NCBI GenBank assembly: GCA_038087875.1
Contig: CM075977.1
Coordinates: forward strand, 172,856,001-172,920,000
Direction of reading: 5' to 3'
Origin: Malacoraja senta
Lineage: Eukaryota
Length of the DNA: 64,000 nt
Below the pieces are notes generated by a model. The model had not been told where the DNA came from. It saw only the letters and a list, made by a program, of their open reading frames with translations, and made no database searches. Position numbers and translations under genes: made by a program. Each line of letters starts with the position of its first letter. The first letter of the stretch is position 1. Shown piece by piece: positions 1 to 12,134 of the stretch.

Positions 1-257
1 GATGGTTGGTGGTAAGTTGGTGGTGGAATGAAATTGCATTATTTGTCACTTCTTGAGTCACATTGGAAGTAAATTATGACACTAAAAGATACTTTAGCAT
101 AAATTATGAGAGCCTATATTTAACTTGACTTGCTGTGCCTGATAATTTGACAGCATGCTATCCTTCCTGTGCCAGAAAAATGCAGAATAGACAGTTGACA
201 AAGTTAATTCTTGTGAAATGTTGATTTGATATCAACCCTTATAAATCTGACACTCTC

Positions 258-312
258 AATAATAATAATAATAATAGATTTTATTTATATAGCGCTTTTC
301 AGGACTCAATGT
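258..312 (-). mobile_element. L2-type 3' terminus with (ATT)n tail
   Basis: Minus strand AAAAGCGCTATATAAATAAAATCTATTATTATT..., characteristic of L2/SINE 3' ends. Confidence 0.6.
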
Positions 313-1169
313 CCTGCCCTTTCACAGATTCATGTGTTAAAGGAATCCTCTGTTAAATTGGAATGTTGAGGGGATGGGGATGGAATTAAGTGTGCATTGG
401 GCTGGTTGTGGCGAGTGTTAAACCTTGGACAGTGACAAGCACAAAATTCCTGACAGGACCCTTCCAATGTCATGTCAAGTTCAAGTGAGTTCATTGTCCT
501 ATCAGTAATTGTCCTAACTGATAGGACAATTAAATTCTTGCTTTGCTTCAGCACAACAGAACATAGTAGGCATTGACTGCAATGTGGGCCACAGACAGAG
601 AACCCTTGGCCAATGCAGTCACAAGAAAGAAGAATGACAATAGAGCTAGTGAACAGGTCAATGGGGTGAGGAGGAGGAAGGGCAAAGAGCTCCCAAATGG
701 GGGGCTTATCAAGAAAACGTGGATGAAAAGCAAGTTTTAAGCTCAGTCCTTTTTCTGAGCACCTTCACGAAAAACCCCGATGTCTCTACTTTCTCAGAGG
801 TGCAAGGAAATTTGCAGGTCTCAACTGACTTACTAATTTCTATGGATTCAGATAGAAAGCGTCCTAAAGGGACCCATCACAAATTGGTTTTGCAACTGCT
901 CTGTTTGGCAAATTGCAGAGAGTTGTGGACATGGTCCCATCCATCATGCAAACCAGCCTCCACCCTCAGTGATGATCTACACTTCACAATATCTCAGGAA
1001 AGCAGCCAACATCATCAAAGACCATTTACAGCCCAGTCATTCCCTTTTCTCCCCTCTCTCTTTGCGCAGAAGATATTGTACAGAAACTTGACAGCACTTA
1101 CCACCAGATTTAAGAAGGGCTACTTCACTGTTTATATCAAACGCAAACAGATCTCTCATAAGCTTTTCC

Positions 1170-1300
1170 TATCTTCAGTTCCCTCCCCACTACTGTAAGT
1201 CTGAAGAAGGATCCCAAGTCAAAACATCACCCATCCTTTTTTCTCAAGAGATGCTGCCTGGCCTGTGGTGTTACTGCAGACCTTTTTTGTGTTTATCTTC
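1170..1300 (+). mobile_element. Degenerate Penelope pLTR fragment
   Basis: GTCTGAAGAAGGATCCCAAGTCAAAACATCACC..GAGATGCTGCCTG. Confidence 0.65.
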
Positions 1301-1383
1301 TCTCATAAGCTAAGGATGTGTTCCCCATATCTCAATCTACCTTGTACATTTTTATCTGCACCTTCTCTGTAAGTTTGTAACTG

Positions 1384-1790
1384 AGTGTTTGAAGGCACTA
1401 GGCCTGTACTCGCTGGAGTTTCAAAGGATGAGAGGGAATCATTGAAACTTACTAAATAGTGAAAGGCCTGAATGTGGAGAGGATGTTTTCATTGCTGGGA
1501 AAATCTAGGACTAGAGGCCCGAATAAAAACAATTACCTTTGGAAAGGAGATAAGAAGGAATTTATTTAGTTGGGTGGTGAATCTGTGGAATTCATTAACA
1601 CAGGCGGCTGTGGAGATATTTTTAGGGTGGAGATTGACAGATCTTGGATTAGTAAGGGTGGCAAGGGTTATGGGGTGAAGGCAGGAGAATGGGGTTGAGA
1701 GTGAAGGATAGATCAGCCATGATTGAATGGCAGAGTAGACTTGATGGGCCGAATGGCCGTATTCTGCTCCTCGAGCTTATGAACTAATGA
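1384..1790 (+). mobile_element. CR1 LINE 3' fragment
   Basis: GLYSLEF..VVNLWNSL remnants; 3'UTR GATCAGCCATGATTGAATGG..GGGCCGAATGGCC. Confidence 0.85.
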
Positions 1791-2637
1791 ACTGCAACAC
1801 AATGTTATGAATTCTGTTTCCTTTCTCTTTTTTGCACTATCTGTTGTAATCATGTATGATTTGAATGCAATCATTTATGAATGATTTACACGCAAAACAA
1901 AGTTTTTCACTGTACTTCGGTACATGTGACAATGATAACCGAATATCACAGCCAATCTATGACTTCCTGACACTCATACTCAATGCCCGTTGAAGGCAAG
2001 CATATCATATACCTTAGTTACCACTCTTCAATTATATTGCCACTTTCAGGAAGTTATGGACTTGGACCACACGGTCCATCTGTAGATCAATGCTGTTGAG
2101 CATCCTGCCATTAACTTGTATATTTTCCCCTTAAATGTTATACCTAATTTAACCTAACCCCATTTGCCTGCACATGACCCTAACTCTCTCTTTCATGAAT
2201 GTTAAGATGTTTGTCAAAATGACAAATGTTGCTGTCATATCTGCCTCTACTATCTCCCCTGTAACATGTTCCATCAGCCTATAACCGTCTGTGTAAAAAA
2301 CAAATCTGTGCAAATCTCATAAACTTTCCCTTTGACATTGCACCATGTGGAAAGAAGACTCTGACCCTATCTATGTTTCTCAATTGTATATACTTTTATA
2401 AATTTTAAATACTATTTCAGGTCTCCACTCAGCATCTGATGCTCTCTCCTCATAACCATTGAAATTGAGATTAAAATTTGAGATAAGATTGGTTTATTAT
2501 CATACATCCCAATGAAATTCCTTGTTTGCTTGAAGATCATAGAATAAATGGTGTACAGTAATGATAGATTCACCAATAAATGAAACAATAATTGTAAAAC
2601 AGCAGAATGGTGCAAAGATTGCAGAGTTATCTGAAGT

Positions 2638-2945
2638 AAACATAGAAACATAGAAAATAGGTGCAGGAATAGGCCATTCGGCCCTTCGAGCCTGCACCAC
2701 CATTCAATATGATCATGGCTGATCATCCAACTCAGTATCCTGTACTCCAACTCAGTATCCAGTAGTGTAAAAATCAGTGAAGTACAGTAACTGAGTAACC
2801 AAAAGAGATAGTAAGACTACATGGCAGCACAGCCAGGCTGTGGTTATTAAAGAGGTAGACAATAGACAATAGACAATAGGTGCAGGAGTAAGTCATTCAG
2901 CCCTTCGAGCCAGCACCGCCATTCAATGTGATCATGGCTGATCAT
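2638..2945 (-). mobile_element. Two very short CR1 3' termini (2638-2760 with TTTCTATG tail; 2856-2945 with CTATTGT tail)
   Basis: AATAGGTGCAGGA..CATTC.GCCCTTCGAGCC.GCACC.CCATTCAAT motif in both. Confidence 0.85.
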
Positions 2946-2949
2946 AAGT

Positions 2950-4130
2950 GATTGATTGAGGAGTCTGACAGCTGTGGGGAAGAAGCTGTTCTTAAACCTG
3001 GATGTCCAATGTTTAAGGCTCCTGTATCTTCTGCCTGAAGGTTAAAGGTTGAAAAGAGAATGGCTCGGTGGAAGCCATCCTTGACAATACCTCCAGCCTT
3101 CTTGATGCAATGCACCGCGAAGATGGATTGCATGGTAGGACGTGATGAGCTGGTGATTTTCTAAGTTCACCACTCTCTGCTGGTTCAGATGGTCAAAAAC
3201 AGAGCAGTTGCCATACCATGTATCACATTAAAATACATTCCGCAGCGCATCTGCTGAAGTTTAAGTAACTCCTTGTGTACTTGCCAAATCTTCTCAGACA
3301 CTTAAGACAATAAATATGCTTATCTGCTTTTGTGATCACAGCATCAGTGTGAAGGGAGCAGGGAACTTGAAGCTGTTCACCATCTCTAAGCAGCTCCATT
3401 CATGAGGAGAGGGTTGCGTTCAACCCACACCCCCTCTTCTTTAGGTTAACGACTAACTTTTCATCTTGCTGACATTAAAGACTAGGTTTTTATTTCCAAG
3501 GTCCCTCTTAACACCAATGCTCCGAAGGTCCAGCCATTTACTACATACAACCTTCTCTCATTTGAGCTTCCGGAGTGATAATCTCACATTGATCCAAATT
3601 AAGTTCCGTAATATTTTCTCCACCTAAATCTTCAAATGATGCATTTGGCAAATCAACTCATTATCCACAGCACCACCAATTTGTGTAATCTGCAAATATA
3701 CTAGTCTGGCCACCCACATTTTTATCTACATCATTAATATATATTATAAATAAGAGATCCCAACACTGATCCTTGTGTAACACCACTGGTTTCAGATCTT
3801 CAGATAGAAAAGGACCCCTTGTCCACAATGCTTCATCTTCTATGTCCAACCAATTGTGGAACTAATTTACCAACTCAAAGTGGATGTCAAGTCACTCACA
3901 CTGGATGACAAAATCTTCTGGACCAGCCTGCTATCAAGCACCGTGTCAAATGCTTTACTGACATCCATGTAGACAACATCCACTGCTCTACCCTCAATCA
4001 TCTTTGTCACTTCCTCAAACACACTTCCTCAAACTCATATGTGTGAGGCAAGTGCTTCCCCTTGCAAAGCCGTGCAAATATTTTTCATATTTTTCTAAAT
4101 GTGAATAAATCCTGTCCCACATACTAGTCA
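2950..4130 (-). mobile_element. Old Rex1/Babar-like (2950-3490) and CR1 (3490-4130) LINE remnants
   Basis: Decayed RT-region motifs (NSFFP-like, QGSVLG-like, HGF..G..CLT). Confidence 0.6.
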
Positions 4131-4594
4131 GTGGGGAGTTTTCTTTTACTTGCTGCAAATAAATGAATAATGAGAGACAGCAACATACTAAAGATAAAAA
4201 CAAAAACAAAAGAAAAATTATCTTCATATATATTTAAACAATTCTTAATGCAAGATAAAACTCAAACTTTCACAATCAAATGATCAAAAACTATTTCAGA
4301 AAATTATCAATGATTGCTTGCCACTCTTTCCTGATCAAACATCTTTCTTTGTGCATTCCTGTCAGTGTTATGGAAAATTCTATCGTATCTGGCATAGGAA
4401 GTTTCAAAGGTTCAAAAAGGTTCAAAGGTTCAAAGGTACATTACTGTCTCGTGTATCAATTAAGGTACAGTGAAACTCGAATTTTTTTTTTAACTTAAAA
4501 AAAACATTAAAAAAAGAAAATTAACAGAATTATAATTTATTGACATATTAATCATTAACAAAAAATAGCAGAATTATGAATTAACAGAATTATT

Positions 4595-4799
4595 AATAAT
4601 GGGTCTAACACTATATCACACACACAAACTGTTCCCCCGCAACACTGATTTCACTGCGAGAGGGATTTACAAAGTCGGGTTGGGTCGGGTTTACTGAAAT
4701 GGCCAATGAAAAGGCTGACGTTCCGCTCCGTAGCGTACTACACGTCAGCCCATTGGTTTTAGCAGGAGTGCACTATCTTGCTTGCTATAGGATCTTTGG
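4595..4799. mobile_element. Probable one-ended DNA-transposon/MITE fragment
   Basis: CpG-rich island in AT-rich context ending GCTATAGGATCTTTGG; matching opposite terminus not found. Confidence 0.35.
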
Positions 4800-6047
4800 C
4801 TGACACAAAAAATCAAGGTGAACTTTATTTGGAAATTCAAGGTTTTTAAACATCAATCCCTTTGACTCTGGAACAGAGTCCACCAATACCCATTTAATAA
4901 AAAATATCAAACCAAGTATTCTCAGCAAAATCACCACGTTCAGGAAAATCGACTTTATTTTCATGGGCCATTGTCAATGTGACCACTAACAGCTTCAGTG
5001 ACATGGGACTATACAAGGGCTCTGCACATTCTTCCATTTAATCTTGATAATGAAAGGTTATCCATGCAATTCTCGTGCACAGGTCTGGGATTGGCGGATC
5101 AAATCCATGTAATGCTTTGCACAAAATATGAATTACGATATTTCTCTGAATCCAAGCAACAAGTTGCCACTTGAGCCAGGCCTAATTCTGCTTCAGTTTA
5201 GATTTCTGCCATATCAGTAAAGAAAAGGATGTCTGCACCAGGAAGTGATTATTTATAATGACTATCACTTAAATAGGCCGTGAACACTCATAATGGAGGT
5301 CACGTGGTCATTTTGTTAGAAAGCACAGGATTATATTGACGTTGATCAGTGAACAGAAAGGTTTGCTGCAAATAATTTTCTGTAGAACCCACAGCCTCTA
5401 TTACAGTTGTGGAAAGAAGTGTTTGTCAGGGTGATTGGTGGCACCCTCCTCTGCTCATCTTCTGTGTGCTTCTAACAGAGGTTCCCGGTCTCATCCTGTC
5501 TTTTTCTTCATTTTCACAATGTCATTGGTCAGGGTTTCCCATGAGATGTTGAGCATGTTATCTTTTTTTTCCAAGGAGTCTTTGATAAAAAGTGTTCCAA
5601 GTGTTTCCTCTTTCCTTCTCAATCTTTTATCATGTCTGTTTCAGGAGGAAGATATTGTGCATGTGATCGACCTGGCCCATCCATTGGAGCTGGCAAGAGC
5701 ATTAATAGAGCCTTGATGCTGGAGATGTTAGTTCACTAATCCCAACAATGGATTTGGAAGACTTTGTGGAGATGGTGATGATACCTCTCCAGTGGCTTTG
5801 CATCAAACTGTTTGCTGCACATAGTTTAAGTCTCTGAACTGTACAGGAGGGCAGGGTTCACAGATGCCTGATATTCAGTGAGCTTTGTGCTAACTCTGAG
5901 GTCTTGATTGTTGAGTACTTTATATCTTCAGATCAACAAGCTGCATGTGGTGAAGAATTTCATCTTCAATGTTTGCCTTAACTGATTAACTCATTAATAA
6001 TGGCTTCTGCAATGTGTTAAAGACACCTGGCATCCAGCCCCACCACC

Positions 6048-6445
6048 CAGATGATCACCTTCATGAAGGCCAAAGTGCAGCTGCCAAGAACCACAGCAGC
6101 CAGGAATCCGTCACGAACCCTGGCGACTGTGCAGGACTGGCAGCTTTCTGTGGACCTGGTGAAACAGCTGAAGTTCCCACGGCACATTGCCACGACCACC
6201 CTGAGGCCAGACATCCTCCTGGTCTCAGAGGCGACCAAAAATATTGTCTTGTTGGAACTGACACTGCCATGGGAGGACCGTCTGGAGGAAGCCCATGAGA
6301 GAAAGAAGACCAAGTACGAAGAGCTGGTCATAGACTGTTATAGAGGGTGTCTGATGTTGAAAGACGCGAAACACCCAATGATCCCAGGTTACAGGTTACA
6401 TCACTGATAATGTGTTCAGGAGCATCAAGAGATGTATTTTATCAA
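6048..6445 (+). mobile_element. HERO-like (R2-superfamily, REL endonuclease) non-LTR retrotransposon 3' fragment
   Basis: WQLSVDL..LKFP.HI..TTLRPDI.LVS......VLLELTLPWEDRLEEAHERKK.KY is a PD-(D/E)xK-type REL domain as in HERO elements; followed by a short 3'UTR. Confidence 0.8.
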
Positions 6446-7169
6446 TCAAAATATAACTACTAAAGATTAGGAATATTTTTTCCCCAGTGTCTTATTGTGG
6501 ATCTTTATTGGTGAGGGGTGGTGGCAAGCTGTCAAAGAGTTGAATCTTGTGAATATTTTGAACAAGGCCTGTTCTCTTGCATGTTTTACTGAACAATTTG
6601 AAAATAGCTTGGAGCATGGTCTCCCAAGATACACATTCATCGGCATAGACTGCATTCTGCAGTCGATGACTTTAATTGTGGTGACCTTTGTTCTGGAGAG
6701 GAGGTGACATAGATAGAACACTCTCTTCTTTGTCATATCGATCAATTCCACTCACGTGGAAGCTTTATTTGAAGGTGGGGTGCACTAGTGTAGCAAAAAT
6801 GGTTCCGAAAATTGTTGGAGTGAGCACTGGGATTGGGAATGTAGTATATCACTGGGTAGAGTCACGGTATGCTTGCCATCAGTAACAAACAATGAATGGA
6901 GATGATTTTTTTTTTAAAACAAGTTGAATAGGAACTAATCTCTGATCGTAGTGCATCGTCTTGGCCAAAAATTAGAAGAAAGTACTGGATATGATTGGGC
7001 GTTTTCAGTGTTGGCAGTAATATGTATTCAGAGGCAGGGGAAGATATAGTGTATAGCCGTTAGGATAAGAGCATGTCAGATCCAAAATAAGAATATCAAT
7101 GGAGAACTAAATGTGAATTAGACAATAGACAATAGGTGCAGTAAGCCATACTGCCCTTCCAGCCAGTAC

Positions 7170-8557
7170 TGTAAATTTCTCGTTCTAAGGACTTCCCCCC
7201 CAGTCTAGTTTCAGTCAAAAATCACTGTCAAGCACGTGCATCTAAACTTTATTTTGACAAAACACAATTACAGTTCCCACCACTGTACCTAACCACCATG
7301 GGTTCGATCCTCATATCTGCCTGATCAACACCTTTTGGCCTCGCTCAAACAGAGACACTCCAAAGTGCTAAGTGCTCTCCCAGAAGATCGACACAGGACC
7401 TCGTGGTAGCGGACTTTTATAAGTCCCCGGACCTCAAGGGGCCGAAACACATGGGGGTGGTCTCTTTACATTCCAATAACAAATATCAATTAACCCCATA
7501 CATGACAGACATTTCCCTAACCCAATAATACAGTGGCTAATACATTGTATTCAAACAGTGTTTCTCAGAGGAAATGAACATCGCAAAATGTGCCCTGATA
7601 TGCAAGAAAACCAGACAAGGCTCAATACTTAATCCAATCAACATCCAGCAAAGTAAAGCTTTGTAACATTATTTACAAAGTGTATGTCTGGTTTGCATTC
7701 ATCCAATCCATTCTATGCATTTTGCACCTAATTGTCAGGGTCTGCAGAATGTCCCATTCTCTTCCTGCAGATCTGATGTAGGCTCTAGACAAACTGGCAC
7801 CATTCTGCAGCTTGTCCCACTCTACTCTGGAGTCGCACGAGCTTCATTGGCTCGCCTCCAGCTTGTTCAAAATGCTGCCGCTCGCCTTTTGACTGGAACT
7901 CGAAAGAGGGAGCACATTACGCCAATTTTGGCCTCCCTACACTGGCTCCCAGTGCACTTTCGAGTTCATTTCAAAATTCTTTTATTTGTTTTTAAATCCT
8001 TGAATGGGCTCGCCCCGCCTTACCTCTCTGAGCTGCTCCACCTATATGCTCCTGCCCGGTGCCTCAGGTCAGCTGATCAGCTGCTCCTTGAGGTACCAAG
8101 GTCTAAGCGGAAGCTCAGAGGGGATAGAGCTTTTTCTGTTGCTGCTCTGGCACTCTGGAACACCTTGCCGCTGCACATCAGACAGGCCCCCTCACTGTCC
8201 ATCTTCAAATCCTCCCTAAAAACATATTTTTATTCTTTGGCTTTCGACACTGGCTGAGGCATTGCCCCTGTTTTTAGTGCTTTTAATGTCTTTTAATTTT
8301 TGTGTGTTTTTTATAGTCCTTCGTTTTACGGTTTTTAATGGTTTTTAATTGTTTGTAATAGCTTTTTGTTTGTGATTTCTCATGTACAGCACTTTGTGGC
8401 AACTGTGGTTGTTTAAAGTGCTTTATAAATAAAGTTATTATTATTATTATTATTATTTCTACAGAAAGCATTTTTAAATTGACCAAATGTCCTAGTAGCC
8501 CAGAAGCCTTGACTCAATTTTAGGGTCCTAGTCTCTCCAATTTGGCTAGGATTAACA
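7170..8557 (-). mobile_element. Solo LTR (copy 1), interrupted by an L2 insertion, inserted in a CR1 3'UTR
   Basis: TGTAAA...TTAACA termini; 4-bp TSD GTAC/GCAC (7166-7169, 8558-8561). Reverse-complement homologue of 15876-16636. The flanks rejoin to the CR1 3'UTR GAGCCAGCACCGCCATTC. Confidence 0.88.
7821..8456 (+). mobile_element. L2-clade LINE 3' fragment nested in LTR copy 1
   Basis: Open frame LQLVQNAAARLLT..HITPILASLHWLPV..GDRAFS..LWNTLP..FKSSLKT, typical of the L2 ORF2 C-terminus; 3'UTR ends AATAAAG(TTA)n. Confidence 0.92.
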
Positions 8558-9940
8558 GCACCGCCATTCAATGTGATCATGGCTGATCATCCGCAATCAG
8601 TACCCCGTTCCTGCCTTCTCCCCACATCCCTTAATATCTTCAAGAGCCCTATCTATTTCTCTCTTGAAAATTTCCAGAGAACCGGCCTCCACCGCCCTCT
8701 GAGGCAGAGAATTCCACTGACTCACAACTCTCTGTGAGAAAAAGTGTTTCCTCTTCTCCGTTCTAAACGGCTTACCTCTTATTCTTAAACTGTGCCCCCT
8801 GGTTCTTGACTCTCCCAACATCGGGAACATGTTTCCTGACTCTAGCATGTCCAAACCATTAATAATCTTATTTGTTTCAAGAAGATCCCCTCTCATCTTT
8901 ATGAATTCCAGAGTATATAAGCGCAGCTGCTCCATTCTCTCAGCATACGACAGTCCCGCCATCCCGGGAATTAACCTTGTGAACCTACGCTGCACTCCCT
9001 CAATAGCAAGAATGTCATTCCTTAAATTTGGAGACCAAAACTGCACACAATACTCCAGGTGTGGTCTCACCAGGGCCCTGTACAACTGCAGAAGGACCTC
9101 TTTGCTCCTATACTCAACTTCTCTTGTTACGAAGGCCAACATGCCATTCGCTTTCTTTACTGCCTGATGTACCTGCATGCTTCCTTTCATTCACAGATGA
9201 ACACGGACCCCCAGATCCCGTTGTACTTCCCCTTTTCCCAACTTGACACCATTTAGATTATAATTTTCCTTCCTATTTCTGCTACCAAAGTGGATAACCT
9301 CACCTTTATCCACATTAAACTGCATCTGCCATGCATCTGCCCACTCATCCAATTGAGCAATGAAGATGTAGGAAGAATAAAAATATATATGCAGAAGTAA
9401 ACTTCCACATTTTTATCTCCGTTAAAATGGCTTAAACTGTGGGTCAAACTATACACCACATTGGAAGCCCCTCTCCATTGCTCTGAAATGCATGTGTGGT
9501 TAGATCTTATCTGCCTGACCCATGGACAGATGCTGCCTGACCCATGGACAGATCTTATCTGCCTGACCCATTGAGATACTCCAGCATTTTGTGCTTTGCT
9601 CAAGATTCCACCATCTGACGTTCCTTATATCCCTACTTCATATCTCTACTGTATACAGTTATTCATGACCATCCTAAGTCAGCAGTGATCAGCCAACTCT
9701 GAGATATGACAGGGATCAGCAATAGCTCCTGGAACAGCCCCAAGGCTTGAAAGCTGAACAAGATTATGACTGACCTATATGGGTCACGCACACATGGCAC
9801 ATGTGTGGTTACATTTAATGTCATTGGATATGAATGGGGATGCAGAATGTAGATTAAATGTTGGTCTTTTAAATAAAATAATTCAGAAAAAACCTGGTGT
9901 GTTTTGAGAATATTAAGGCTCATTCTTAAGACAAGCACGG

Positions 9941-10465
9941 TTGAAGATCTTTGTTTATACGGCCATCGTAGAGTCTGTCCTCACCTTCTCCATTATGGTC
10001 TGGTATGGCTCAGACACCAAGCACAACATCTGGAGGCTGCAGCGAATCGTCCGATCAGCTGAGCAGGTTATTGGCTGCAACCTTCCCTCCATTTACGAAC
10101 TGTACAATGCAAGGGCCAGAAAGCGAGCGGGTAAGATCATCTCTGACCCCACTCACCCTGGCCACAAACACGTTGTATCACTTCCCTCTGGAAGGCAACT
10201 CCAGACTGTCAAAGCTGCCACAGCCAGACATAAAAACAGTTTTTTTCCATGAGTAGTAGCTCTACTCAATAACCAAAAATCTGTAGCCTCTTTTTGCTCC
10301 GGTATTTTAGTTAATTCTCATGTTTAATCAATAATGTTTTATGATTAATGTTTAATGTTTTATGTGTCATTCCCAACTGTCACTGTATGTCATGTTGTCA
10401 CTTGCAGGTGGAGCACCAAGTCAAATTCCTTGTATGTGAATATAATTGGCCAATAAACTTATTCA
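9941..10465 (+). mobile_element. Rex1/Babar-type LINE 3' fragment
   Basis: YTAIVESVLTFSIMVWYG..LQRIVRSAE..IG..LPSI..DPTHPGH..LPSGR..KNSFFP; tail CAATAAACTTATTCA. Confidence 0.88.
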
Positions 10466-11724
10466 ACACACATTCAACACATTAATAACATTCTGCTTGT
10501 GATGTTACTGTTGAATTCGTTTTAGGAAATTTACACAGCAGAAATGAATGTGGTCAGGAGATTGAAAATCCTTCCAATGAATTTCCCAAATTGCACTGAG
10601 GAACCCCAGAATTTGTGCAAATCTACACTACTCCAGATTAACCCAAATTTCAACAAAACGCCATATTTTTTTGGACTGGTGCAAATTAATTTCTCACCCA
10701 ATGTGTATAATTATCACTTTAGTGCCAAACCTCTAGATATCTGGATTAAATCCCTAGGCATGTTTCACTTCAGGTAATCAACAGTGAAGATCCTTATCCC
10801 TGTAGACCAATAATATTCACTCATACAGTAAAGCTTTCAGTCATATTCTTTAAAACATCTTTATGTTTTAAATTGTGCCTTCTACCAAGTCTTTCTGAAC
10901 TAAGGAGGTACTGAATATGTATAAAACTGGGTTAGCAAACTATATCCCCTCAAATAGCCTAAATATCTTCTGTTTCTAAAGCATTGTTTTTTTTGCTTCT
11001 TTCCAGTTGCCTTCTGGCTCTTTCTCTGCTCATTCCCTTCATTTCCGAACTAGTCATTACATGACCCACCATGTTGCCGTTAATTGGAAAGTGATGATAA
11101 TTACGCAGATTCATATAATTAAAGATTGTGATACAACATTTTTTGATCAATGGAAATCTGCTTCATGTAGAGAGAAGCAATGATGGGAATATGATTACAC
11201 TGAGAGCATGATTTTCTACTAAACAGTACATACTTAGGTCAAATGAGCCCTGGAGTCTACTGGGGTCCAGGGATAGAATTGAGATTGCAAACAAGATAGC
11301 AGTGTGCTTGAAAGTGCACACAAGCAAGGAGTACAGGCAACTAGACACCAGTTCTCACATAATACTATTTTATGTTTATCAGTGACACCATTGGTACACA
11401 AACTTATAGGAACTTTCAAAACCATGCTTGAAGTATGAAAATTTCAAGCACAAAATTTGAGGGAATGAGACAATCTACTGTTGGGCTGCTTAAACTTCTG
11501 TGTTGTAAGGTACAATTCCATTACGTTTGGTAGCTGCTGAAAAATGCTCAATAGTGCAACCCAATGTCATGATATCTGCTCGCCATTTACATATGTGCAA
11601 CCAGTGTTAATTTGTGGCTGAGTACCTCCGGAAGGGGTTGATATTATGGATCACCACCGCGGTTATTGGTCGCCACAGCCCCCTGCACCCCTTCAACTTT
11701 CTAACCTTAATTCTTTCTATCCAT

Positions 11725-12051
11725 GTTTAAGAAGGAACTGCAGATGCTGGAAAATCAAAGGTAGACAAAAGTGCTGGAGAAAGTCAGCGGGTGCGGCAGC
11801 ATCTATGGAGCGAAGGAAATAGGCAACGTTTTGGGCCGAAACCCTTCTTCAGACTGATGTAGGGTGGGGGAGGGCTCCTCCCCTTCTCAGCTCTCCCTCA
11901 GCCCTCTGGCCCCTCCTCTTCCTTTCTTCTTCCCGCCTCCCCCACCCTACATCAGTCTGAAGAAGGGTTTCGGCCCGAAACGCTTCCTATTTCCTTCGCT
12001 CCATAGATGCTGCCGCACCCCCTGAGTTTCTCCAGCACTTTTGTCTACCTT
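11725..12051. mobile_element. Penelope-like element remnant: inverted pair of pseudo-LTR segments
   Basis: 11758-11870 and 11939-12051 are ~113-bp inverted repeats. Possible ~12-bp TSD CTTTCTATCCAT/CCTTCCATCCAT. Inverted pLTR arrangement is typical of PLE insertions. Confidence 0.8.
11951..11990 (+). ncRNA. Minimal type-I hammerhead ribozyme motif in a Penelope pLTR (probably mutated at the cleavage site)
   Basis: CUGAAGA (11957-11963), extra A, stem II GGGU-UUCG-GCCC, GAAAC. The inverted copy at ~11821-11856 reads ...CCCAAAACGUUGCC, so each copy carries a core substitution. Confidence 0.6.
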
Positions 12052-12134
12052 CCTTCCATCCATTCCTTGATAAAGATGTGCTCTCAATCCACATAGAGGC
12101 ATTCTCAAGATTTCCCATCTTACTTTTGCAATTC

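Larger units (their letters stand above)
7120..9350 (-). mobile_element. CR1 LINE 3' part (host of LTR copy 1)
   Basis: (CTATTGT)n tail at 7120-7135; ORF 8597-9190 is CR1 RT C-terminus (LYRALVRPHLEYCVQFWSP). Confidence 0.92.

Noticed and set aside
7298-7311. Pol III B-box-like GGTTCGATCC in the LTR
   Set aside because: No matching A box, and the second LTR copy has GGTTTGATCC; likely incidental.
7715-8257. 180-aa ORF as a gene
   Set aside because: The N-terminal ~35 aa come from the antisense LTR and the rest is L2 ORF2 C-terminus; a chance fusion.
8829-9256. Antisense ORFs over CR1 copies (also 16737-17090, 44726-45097, 50363-50827, 58647-58964)
   Set aside because: Recurrent shadow ORFs on the opposite strand of CR1 ORF2; no independent evidence.
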